The notes below the pieces were generated by a model, which saw only the letters and a list, made by a program, of their open reading frames with translations, was not told where the DNA came from and searched no databases. A DNA stretch of 64,000 nucleotides from Cenococcum geophilum (taxonomy: Eukaryota). Every line of letters begins with the position of its first letter. Position 1 is the first letter of the stretch. Position numbers and translations under genes: made by a program. Shown piece after piece: positions 47,933 through 59,521 of this stretch. The DNA lies in contig CP158635.1 in the NCBI GenBank assembly GCA_050273025.1, positions 23,188,001 to 23,252,000 of the forward strand, in the 5' to 3' direction.

Positions 47933-50900
47933 TATTACGGCACTAGCAGAACTTAGCAGAACTACGCACCAGTAAGTTGCCACAGATTGCCGCATATTGC
48001 GGTCACGTAACGCGAAGATTATATATAGCTTCAAGCGGCGCTCCCCTTCTTCTCCTTTCCTTTCTTTAGCTTTAGATTCTTATTTATAGACAATCCAATC
48101 ATATAGGCTTGCGCAACCATTTTGCCGTACTTATATCTCAATTAACTAAGTCACTAACATTATCTAAAGCTTACTCTACTCTTTCTTCCTAAGAAGGAAC
48201 TTAAATATATTTATAAGAACACAGAATAGGACCCTAAGGACATTACTAGGACTATAAGGACAGGACCTAAAAGAAAAGAATAGAACCCTAAAGAAAGGAC
48301 CTATAAAATACACATAGACTAAAACCCCTAAAGAAATTACCTAGAATTACCTAACACCCCTACTACCATGCCATAAACCACAGTAGTAGGTAAAGCAGCT
48401 GTAGGACCCTTAAATACTTTAGATAAAGAAATAATTAACGTTTTAACCCCCTAGGCGGAGCTTACGGCTACTAATACCGAAATTAAATAATTACAAGAGC
48501 TGCTTAAAGCTAAAAATACCCCTATATCTAATAATAAGTCATTATTAAATAATTAAAGACTTACTATAGTCCTTCAGGCCCTATCCTAGCGCCTTAGTAG
48601 ATCTACTAAGGCCTATATAGCACCGAAGCAGTTAGTAAAGGTTACGGACCCCCTACTACTTATAAACGGAACCGACCCTATATTTAATAATTAGAAGCTC
48701 CAATTACGGGATAAGCTTAAAGTTAATATAGACTACTTCCCTAACGCCCAAGCCAGAATTGCCTATATCTTTAGCCGTACTAGCGAAGACGCCCAGACGC
48801 ATTTACGCTTATAATACACTAAAGACTTAACAGACCCCTTTATCTCTAAAGAAGAAATAATTAAACACTTATCTTCTATTTATAAGGATCCTTTTAAAGT
48901 ATAGAACATCTACCTTAGCTATAAAAGCCTAAATATGAAAATAACGGAGACCTTTTCGGCCTTCTAAACCCGCTTTCTATACCTAGTTAGATAGGCCTAA
49001 ATCCCCTAGGAAGACCTACTACTAGACCTCTTTAATAAGCTTACCCTAGACCTATAGCGGGCCGTATTACCAGCTTATACTACGACATAGACGTTAAAGG
49101 AACTTATAGATTATTGCCTAGCTATTAACTAAGGCCTCCGTCAAATTAAGGCATACGCTAACTAGCTAAAAACTAGAAACCTTATAAACTAGGCCGCAAG
49201 TACTATAAGTACGGCCTATAGTGCCCTAGCATAATCGGCAACTCCTATAGCTAACCTAGTAGCTAGCCGCGTAGCTACCCCTACTATGGGCCTGGTATAC
49301 ACCTAGCCTATATATAGTAACCCCCGTATATAGGCCCTTAACAATTAAAAAGCTTACTTTTTATACGGTTAAATAGGCTACCCTATAAGGAACTGCCTAA
49401 TAAAGATAAGGACAAACGAGGTCCTATTAATTTAGGAGGATAGTATAAAGCTAGAAAAAGAGGAACCCTAGAGGAAGACTCCTCTCTAAGGTTAAAAGGG
49501 ATTAATATATTATATATTAATCTAGGTCGGCTAGTTAGTAGAAAAAGCTATACTATCCCTTATACTTTATTTTATAATAAATATTAAGTTTTAACCTCTA
49601 CTTTAGCTAACTTAGAAGTAAATGCCTTTACCTTAATTAATATAAAGTGCGCTGTAAAACTAGCTGACTTTTTAAATATACCCCTTAAAGAACTACCTAA
49701 ACTAATCCCTATTTGTGGTTATAACGGACGGATAGGGCCACCTATTATAACTATCTTGCGAATTTACCTCCGCGTTAACGGACGAAGGTAGTATAACATC
49801 CCCTTTCTTATTACGGACTTAGGAAGCTATAATATAATCTTAAGAAGAAAATAGCTAGCCTATTTAGGCTTATAGCTTAAAGTATGGAGTAAACGGCTTA
49901 TCTAGCCCAAAACTCTACCCCTAACCCCTTTCTTTATAAAAGAAATTAGTATTATAATAGAAAACCTTATACGGCCCTAGATTAATACTATTTACTAGGC
50001 CAATACTATATGCAGAGACTAGGCCTTTAAGAAGGATATATAGCTTAACCTATAACAGATCTGTATACTACGCTGCCCCTAAACTACCTATATTACGCCA
50101 CCCGCACTAAAGACCTAGGAAGTTAATAGTGACCTAGCTAAGTTCCCTATAGAGAACCCTATAAAGCTATAAAGGAAAGCTAGGGATATTAGACGCTATA
50201 CTAAACTAATAGATAGGAAGGACAACTTACAGAAAATAGAATGTAAGCTAAGGAAGACTATAAACCCTATACCGCAAACCACAGCCTAATAGACGCTAAA
50301 GAAACCTACGGACCTCCCACTAGTTAATATCTACTATATTAGCGCTATAGGATTCTACCAGAACCTGGTTTAGCCTAATACCGTTACCTTTATAACTAGC
50401 CTATATAAAATTAACCAAATAATTAAGGAAAAGGAAAGTAAGCTTAGTAGATAGGAAAGCGGGCTTACGGATAAAAAACTAGTGGAGTAAAAACTGCCTA
50501 ATTAACACCGGAAATTTAAGAATGTATTCTTTAAGGCAGCGTCTAATATACTTCCACCCTACTAACTATATAACTATAAGATTAAGATTAAGTAAGATAA
50601 GGGAAGCACCCTTAGCTTTAGCCCTCTCTACCTATAGTCTATTGCCGAATTATAGGCTATAAAGCAGTACTTTATTAACAACCTAAATAAGGGCTTTATT
50701 GAGCCTAGCTAAGCCCCTTTTAACTTACTTATTCTCTTTATTAAAAAGCTAAATAGAGGACTACGCTTCTGCATCGACTACTATAAGCTAAATAATATAA
50801 CCCGCAAGGACCGCTACCCGCTACCCTTACTTAATAAGACTCTTACCCAAATAAGTAGAGCTAAGGTTTTTATAAAGCTTAATATCCACTAGGCCTTTTA

Positions 50901-53900
50901 CTAAATTAGGATAAACCCTGGGTTTAAGGATTTTATTATATTTTAAACCCATTATAGGACGTATAAATATAAGGTACTTTCTTTTAGACTAACTAACGGA
51001 CTAGCTATATACTAGCGGTATATAAATAATATACTCTTTAACTACCTTAATAACTTCTATACGGCCTATCTAGATAATATTATAATCTATTTAGAGAATA
51101 AACTAGAATATAAGGAGCACGTTTATAAAGTCTTATAACGGCTCCGCGAAGCTAGCCTCTAGGCTAATATTAAGAAGTTAGAATTTAGTATTAAGCGTAT
51201 AAAGTACCTAGGTTTTATTATTAGCATAGACAGAATTAAGGCCGACTTAGAAAAAACGACCATAATTAACTAGTGGACGCCCCCTCGGACTATAAAGGGG
51301 GTATAATTATTTTTAAGTTTCTATAACTTCTACTAACGCTTTATTAAGAACTACAGCAGAATCGCCTAGCCTCTTAACCGCCTTACTAAGAAAGACTAGC
51401 CCTTTTACTTTAACGCTATATATATATAGGCCTTTAATAAGCTTAAAAAACGGCTAGTGTCAGCCCCCCTACTTACCTACTTTAACCTAGAACGGCCCTT
51501 AATGCTAGAAACTAATGCCTTAAACGGCATAATAGCCAATATTTTTTCCCAGAAGCAACTAGATGGAGAATAGCACCCTATTATATACTATTTAAAGACT
51601 ATAATAGATGCTAAACTAAACTACCACATCTATAATAAAGAAATGCTGGCTATTATCTCTAACTTTTAGCACTGGCGTATATAGCTAGAGGGGACCCCTA
51701 AACCTATTAAAGTAGTATTAGATTATAAGGCCCTAAAATACTTCATAATAACTAAGGCCCTTACGGCCCGGTAGGCACGCTAGGCGGACATCCTATCTTA
51801 GTTTAACTTCTTAATTATATATAGACTAGGCGCTATAAACTATGCGGATACTCTTACTAGGCGTAAATAAGACCTAGGTAACTATATAGCTGTAAAGATC
51901 TTATTATAGACCTAGACGCTACTACAACTAGAGCACCTTAACCCCTAAATATAGGCAGAACTAAGTACAGACCCCTTAGGCGCCAAGATATATCCTATTA
52001 ACCCTTTAGGACTTAACTTAATCAATAAATTACTATAAATAAACTATACGGCCCCTTCTCTACAGGAGTACCGTAAAAAGGCAAAGAACGTTACTAGCCC
52101 ATAGTCCCTCAAAAATGGATTACTTAAGTATTAGGAACGGCTAGTAGTAATAAAGAAATAGAACTTATAGACTTAGCTTATTACTAAAGCATATACCTAG
52201 GTCTCTACAGCCCACCCTAGAAAGAATAAGACCCGTAGGATTATTGGCGACCGCTACTACTAGCCTAGAATGGTTATAGATATCGACCGCTATATACGGA
52301 ACTATAACGACTGCTATAGGTCTACAATCCCACGAGATAAAACCCTAGGACTATTAAAACCCCTCCTAATACCCGACTGCCCCTAGTAATATATCTCTAT
52401 AGACTTTTATAAGCTACCTCTAGACTATAACAAATATAATATAGTTATAATCCTAGTTAACCGCTTTAGCAAGCGCCCGTTCTTAATTCCCTATTATAAA
52501 AATATTAATACTAAAGAGGCAGCCTAACTATATATTTACTACATCTACCAAATTTACGGACTACTAGATACTATTATATCTAACCACAGACCGTAGTTTA
52601 TATCAGCCTTTTAGAATAAGTTTACCTAAATCCTAGGCATTAAGCTAAAGCTTTTTACGGTATATTACCCCCAGATAGACGGTTAAACGGAGATTATAAA
52701 TTAATACTTAGACTAAAGACTCCGGCCTTTCGTTAACTACTTTTAAGATAACTAGGCCGAACTATTGCCCTTAATAAACTACGCCCAAGCGACCTTACCC
52801 CATAACTCTACTGGATTTGCCCCTATTTAACTAGAAATGGGTTACCTACCCTATATAAGCTTTAACTGGGAAAGACTAGAAGGGCCCTAAACTATACACA
52901 AAAAACTATCTTATAAGGAAGCCTAGCAGTACGCTAAGCGCTTAAAAGAAGCCTAAAAAGTAGCCTATATAAACCTAGAAAAGGCCTAAAAATTAATAAA
53001 ATAGCAGGTAAATAAGTATAGGCGCGAGCCTAACTTTACTATAGGCGATATAGTCTAGGTTATAATAAAGAACTAGAAGACAGAACGGCCTAGCCATAAG
53101 CTAGACTATAAAATAGCAGGACTATATAAGATTCTTAATAAAGTAGGCAACTTGTATAAGGTTAAACTCCTAGACTTAATTAAAGTCTATCCTATCTTCT
53201 TACTGGATAAGCTATAGAAAGCTATAAATAACCTACTACCTAGATAAAAGAATAAACCTCCCCTACTAATTTAAGTTAACGACAATAATAAATAGGAAAT
53301 TAAAGAAATACTGGCCTATAAACTTATAAAGGGAACATTAAAGTATCGTGTTAGTTAGAAAGGATATAACCTAGACCCCACTTAGTACCCTATATAGAAC
53401 TTTATAGGTAGCCCCTATAAGCTTTAGAAGTTTTATAGCCGTTACCCTAATAAACCTAAACCGCTAAAGTACCTAGATAAGTAGATAAAGTACTAGTATA
53501 ATAAAGATAATAAGCTACTAGAAGAATATAAGGACAAAAACGCCCTAGAAATTTCTTAGTTATATAAGGTGTTAAGATATCTAGGAACTTTAACCGGCGG
53601 TTAAAGTTGTCTAATTAGTTAGATTCTCTTGCTAAGACTTTTAGCGGCAAAGCCTAAGGGCAGGCTTTTTTAGAGGGGGGGGTAATATTATAGCACTAGC
53701 AGAACTTAGTAGAACTACGCACCGGTAAGTTGCTATAGATTGCCGTATATTGCGGTTATGTGACGCGAAGATCGTATATAGCTTTAAGCGGCGCTCCCCT
53801 TCTTCTCCTTTCCTTTCTTTAGCTTTAGATTCTTGTTTATAGACAATCCAATTATACAGGCTTGCGCGACCATTTTGCCGTACTTATGTCTTAATTAACT

Positions 53901-53912
53901 GAGTCGCTAATA
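47933..53912 (+). mobile_element. Full-length Ty3/Gypsy chromovirus copy B (5980 bp), RIP-inactivated
   Basis: 227-bp LTRs at 47933-48159 and 53686-53912; TSD TTTCC; PPT AGAGGGGGGGG at 53672; degraded gag, RT (LRFCIDY, DRYPLP, YLD[D>N]I), RNase H, integrase, and chromodomain (about 53290-53420). Confidence 0.95.
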
Positions 53913-54158
53913 TTTCCTATATAGCCTTAGTCTAATTAATAGTTATAAAACTCTTAACGCTAAAAAGCTTAGGCTAGCTAAATGTTTTAAGGAAGGTTTT
54001 ATTAATTCTAATAGCCCTTCTAATACTAATAACCCTTAAGAAACTAATTAAGTCTTTATCTATTTATAATAATGTCTATATTATCTATAATAACTTTAAC
54101 TATTACTAAAAGACTTAATATTAGGTTATTGGCGAGATTAGTAAGTTTAATTTGTATA

Positions 54159-56196
54159 CAGTAAAACCTCATTATACCGTTCAGCTCGGTAGTAGGGGGT
54201 TTAAACGTTATGCCGTATAGAAACGTTATATTGCGAGCTTACTTATTAATTGCTGTAAGGAGCTAAATTAACTCTTCTCTCTATCCATAACTACTTAAAG
54301 AAGCTCGTGATAGTTATTTGCCTTACTCGCGCAGCTTAACGGCCTTAAATTACTCTCTCTGCCTTTATAAGAGCTGTAATTAGAGTCTTATTACTATCCT
54401 CTTGCTGCCCCTTATAGAGCTTGAGGCGCTCTAGTGCATCTAAAGCCTTATTAAGCTTAATAACTTATAGCTTAACCTCCTTATCGCTTTCTTTATTATC
54501 TGGCGCGTTATATAAAGCGATAATTAAGGCCTTAATTGCTTCCTGTGATGTAGAGGCCTTAGGCTCTGTTAAAGCGTTCTCCCTATTTATATTAATGAAG
54601 TCCCTAATAGGAATTAATTGCCTAATTTACCCTGCCTGGCTAAGCTGCTGTAAATACACCTCTAGATCGGCCTTAAGCTAAGGCTCGCTGTACCCGCTTG
54701 GCGTACCCTAGGGGCCCTCGCGGGGTCTAAATATCGTTAAATGCGTGAAGCAATTTATTACGGTTTGAGGGCTAATTTTATGCCATGCTGCGATAGCCCA
54801 CTAAACGGCCCTAAGTACGTTTATCGTCTTAAGGGGGTTCCTATCTTGTTCCACCTGATCTACCATATAGGATAGCCAGTAGCGGCGGTAATAGGCTTTA
54901 AAGGTTTGAATTATACCCTAATCTAGAGGCTAATAGAGAGAGGTAACGTTTTTAGGCAGGAATTCGACCCTAGTGTTAAGCAAGCTGGCGCGCTCTAATA
55001 TCGTAAGTATACCCCCAGTATGGCTAGGAGCGGAATTAATAAGTAGGAGGACCTTCCTGCCGCCTATTAAGCCGTTAAACCACTTGATATAATTAAGGAA
55101 TATTAACGCCGTTATTTAGGCCTTCTTGTTAAACCTCTAGGCGAAGTTAAGGCCCCTAAGGTTGCTGCGCTGCGTGCTAAAATATTAAGGATTCTTTGCT
55201 CTTCTAATGATCCATAGGGGTATAATATGGCTGCCGTCTACGTTGCTACAGTGGACGGTTATTATACGCTCCTTCTGCTTTTTGGTGCCTAATTGCCCTA
55301 TAGTTGCAAGTCCTATATCCGGCGTGGCCTTATAAAAAAGCCCTACCTTATCTATATTGTAGACGTCTTGATTTGGGTACGCATCTACTATAACCCTAAG
55401 CTCCTACATGCGCTCCTTAGCGCCCTCTATATCTGCTGACCCAGCCTCGCCGTGTAGTTTCCGTCTTAATATTCAATTCCTTTTCTTAAAGTTATTAACC
55501 TAACCGCTTAAGAAGCTAGGCTATTGTTGACCCTAATAATACGCCATTATATTCCAAAGCTTTATTGCTATAGCCCAAATAAGGTCGCCGGTAACGAGTA
55601 TATCAGCGGCCTGCATCCGCTGTTGCCATTTAAATAGCGCTTCTTTAAGGTTAGGATTGTTAGGAGCTCTACGCCTCTTAAAGCCCTCCTTACCGCGTTA
55701 AAGGACCAGTAAATTAAGGTACTTGTATTTAGGCTTTAAAGAGTCTAATATAATAGACTGTCGAATAGGGCGTTGAAATTGATCGGTAAAAAAGCGAGTA
55801 GCGTCTCTCTGAGGTTTTCTAGGGTTCTCGCGGTAGTATACCTGGATTTGCTGCCTTTTATGCTCTAAAACACTATGGCGGCGGAGGCGCTTAGGGTCGT
55901 CCTTACGCTTCGCCATTGTATAGGGCAAGAGGGGTGTTAAATTAATGAATATTGATGGCTGCCGTGCTGGTTTGTAGGCTTAAGAGTAAGGGTTGATGCT
56001 TCTAAAAATAGGGTTTTTAACACCAAAATATCTCGCGCTATACCGTTCTTGTATAAGAGAGCTTTGAACGTAACGGCGTATTAAATTTGAACGTAAGCCT
56101 TATAAACCTTATAGTAAAATTAACTGTTCATGGCTATTGACCGTTATACCGTAGAAGAACGGTGTACCAAGAGAACGTTAAAACGCGGCTTTACTG
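54159..56196 (-). mobile_element. pogo/Tigger-type Tc1-mariner DNA transposon (2038 bp), RIP-inactivated
   Basis: Imperfect TIR CAGTAAA(A/G)CC...CGTTC; TA TSD; minus-strand transposase from 55916 (MAKRKDD...) with a CENP-B-like HTH and DDE_1 motifs (VYNIDxVGLF, LLIxSAPSH, QPLDxGII after reversing RIP). Confidence 0.9.
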
Positions 56197-57999
56197 TACT
56201 ACGGGAAAGATTTTACGCGGAGTCTATATGCCTAAAGGGGGCCTTAAGCAGTTGATACTAAATAATACCCGTTAACTTAAGCTAGATAAGGTTGTTAGTG
56301 CAGCTAGGAATAAGTTTAATAACCTTTAGAAGTGGATATTTATAAGTTTTATTATGGACGCCATCTAATACGCATATTCTACTACAGTTAATAGTATATT
56401 TAACTCTAATATAAATATTAAATATCCGTATATACTAGTAATTAATATTCTCCCTTATAGAAGGACAGAGTATATAACTCTAGGACCTATTTTAGATAGT
56501 AAGGCTTCTATTAATAGTAACTATCGCGTAATAGAGAATATCTTCCTAAAATAACTATAGTATAATTACGAAACTGCTTTTAATAACTGGCTTTTTCTAG
56601 TATACGGAGATTAGAAAACCGTAAAGCTTATCTAATTATATAAAGAGGAGCGGGTTAAGGCGGAAGGTGCGTATAATAGCTATAAGTGGGTATTACCTAT
56701 TCTAGGGCTATAGTATATGCGATTAAACTTCCTATATATAATTATGCGTACGTTCTATAGGGGTAAGGAAGCCGCGTAGCAGTTTTTAGCGCTTTACGCC
56801 TATATAAACTACTTAGGACGGCGTAATATTCCTAGGGAAAAGGCCCTATTTTATTATATGGAAGAGCTAATCCTCTAAAGCTTTAACGCTTGTGTTATTA
56901 TGTTATTCCTACTCTATATCCGCAATAAGTGTAATATTAAGGCAGATAGTAAGGCTAAGCGATATATACAAAACCTATCTCCGCAGTAATTTCTAGAGCA
57001 TATTAAGGATATCCGCATAGCAGCTTTTTTAAGAGATGTATGCCGTGATGTAAATTAGCGCTTAGAGCTACCTGCTAACGTATATTAGCTAGCAGTAACG
57101 TTATCCTCTATAGGTATATTAAGCTCTGCCGCTAATAACTATAATATAGAGTTCTTTAATTATATCCGGTTTTTATAGGTTATTAATACTTATAAGCTTC
57201 TAAAATACGCTATTAAGTATGCGGATATCGGACTACTAAAGCGTATAATCCCCTACCTTTGCTTATACTTTACTAAAAGCTTATTAAAGAACTATATATA
57301 TAATATGCTAATCCTATAGCAACTAGTTAAAATAAGCGCTTATAATTTAGTACTTTAATGGGCTATTCTTACTAATAGTTTAGTTAACCTTTAAGGGCGG
57401 CTAGATAGCTTCTTTAAGACGGATCGCCTTAATAAACTACTAAATTTTTAACTTAAGGAGTTGCTCTAAACGTGTGGGAATTTAATATTTAGTATAGATG
57501 AGCTGTTTAAATAGAGTGTTCTTATAATAAGTTATACTAGCGCGCTCCGCGATATTTTTAAGTATATATTTAGTAAATATATAAACAGCGAATATATAAC
57601 TAAGTCTCTAGCGCTAAATATCCGCTATCTTACAGATTAGATTAGGAAGGATTTAATTATATAATATACGCGGCACTTAGTGGATTTTAAGGCTCCTTCG
57701 CTTTTATAATATGGATATAAGAAACTTATAAAGGATAGCGTAAATATATTTAACGCCTTTCTATTAACTATAGCTGGTTTACTATTTAATCCCCTTATAT
57801 ATAGCTTTAGTAATACTAATAAGAATATAGAGGTATTAGGGGAAGCTACTAAATATATTTATATAGTTTATTGTCCTAATATTATACCTATACCTCTACT
57901 AATATATATAATAGTTAGTGTATAAGTTACTTAATAAATGCTAAGAGTAATAGTAATATATTATTTTAATTGCGGATATACTTTTATTATACGTTAGCG

Positions 58000-59300
58000 T
58001 ATATAGGACGTTAGGTTTAAGGCACCTACTATTCTTTAACTTAGATTAGAGCGGCTCTTATAGGGTAGTATTACTGATTTTAATATATAGATGTCTTATA
58101 TTAGCGGTTTACTATATAACCCTTATAAGGACGGATTTAATAAGGCTACGGATAATATACTAGAGGACTTTTAAATACTTAGGCTTTTAGTACGTTTCTG
58201 TCTTAATATATTAATCAAGTTCTTTTTATTAATATTAACTCTAGCTAGCGTATAATCTTCTTAGTGCGTAGTATATAATATAGCAGTAGGCTATTTTATA
58301 GTGCAGATATATAAATATCTATATCTTAGTTTATGCGGATATCTTTATATTAGCTTATATGGATATTATTATCTTAGCTTATATAGATATTACAATATTA
58401 ATTAAGTATATCTATTAAATATAAGGTAGAGACTTAATTTCTATATATATAGTAGCAAAAAGGTATAAGCTACTATTTCATTATTATAAATTAGTAATAA
58501 TAGCTAGCCTATAGCAACAGCTAACTTATATTTACCTATATTTAATATCCGGTAGCCTAGTATTACGTATAAGCGTAATAATACCACGCCTTAGGAACGC
58601 AAGCTTATCCTTTATCTTACTTAGAGAATCTTTAAACTTACTAAACTGGCGATCTATAGCTTAAATATCTTTTACTATATTAGTCACCCGTTTATAAACT
58701 ATATTAACGTATGCAGAAATAGCGATTGCTAAATATACCCTAATAGATTCCGTGCTAGTGGAAGTAGTAGTAGTAATGGCAGTACCTAGCGTGCTAGTAA
58801 TTAGTAAAAGAGTTAAAGGAGCAGCGGCAAAGCGGGTGCCTCTACGGCCGCGTATACTACTGCAAGTAGGAGTCTTAATGGGAGGGAAGGTCTTAGTAGG
58901 GGGAGGCGTAGTAGCGCGGGCGGAGATGGTGCGAGAATGAAGCTATGCGGATATTAGTAATATCCGTATTATTAACACGCGGATATTATACCTTCTTAGT
59001 AGGCGTTTTAGCTGAACTATTAGCAAAAGCTAACTTTGCATGTTTTTTACGCTAAGGTATAACTGGCTCTAGATCCAGTAAACTTTCCTATACGTGTATT
59101 AGCTAGCAGAATAATAGTATACTAATAGCACGTACCTTTCCGTATAACCTACTACCTATATAATATCTTAAGTATGTACCCCTAAAATAAGGCCTAAAGT
59201 CCTTCTTATAAACGCAATATTTATAGCTATACTTCTTATATAGAGTATATAGCGGGTTATATAGCTTACTAAAGCTACTATAGCTAGAAGCGTTGGACAT
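58000..59300 (-). pseudogene. RIP-degraded ORF with a probable Cys-rich N-terminus, lying within or next to the DUF6589-like element
   Basis: ATG at 59300; Tyr codons (TAT/TAC) spaced like CxxC clusters, consistent with TGY>TAY changes; Pro/Thr-rich stretch and coiled-coil-like stretch at 58550-58950. Confidence 0.4.
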
Positions 59301-59521
59301 ATCGTAAGGACGGCTAACGCGCTAGTGGTAAGCGAACTAATAGTGCGATAGCAGAATATGGCAGAATATGGCAGGATACGGCTAATACACTAGTGGTAAG
59401 CGAGCCAATGGCGAGGTGGCAGAACATGGCAGAATATAGCAAAACGCGCCTAATATATATATATGACGCGCGTCGCAAGTAGAAAAACAACAATCCACTA
59501 ATAACACCGCATAGTATATAT

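Larger units (their letters stand above)
46943..59520 (+). mobile_element. Large TIR DNA element with a RIP-degraded DUF6589-like (putative transposase) ORF; right end not seen in the window
   Basis: Left terminus TTACCTCAGCGAGCTCAGAC shared with 23694-25110; degraded ORF pieces at 47191-47932, 53918-54158 and 56199-~57900; reversing RIP changes gives WLFPVHGDQKT...WVLPIPGLWHMRLN at about 56585-56735. Confidence 0.65.

Noticed and set aside
49440..49500. Possible gag-pol ribosomal frameshift site in the Gypsy
   Set aside because: RIP damage prevents reliable frame assignment by eye
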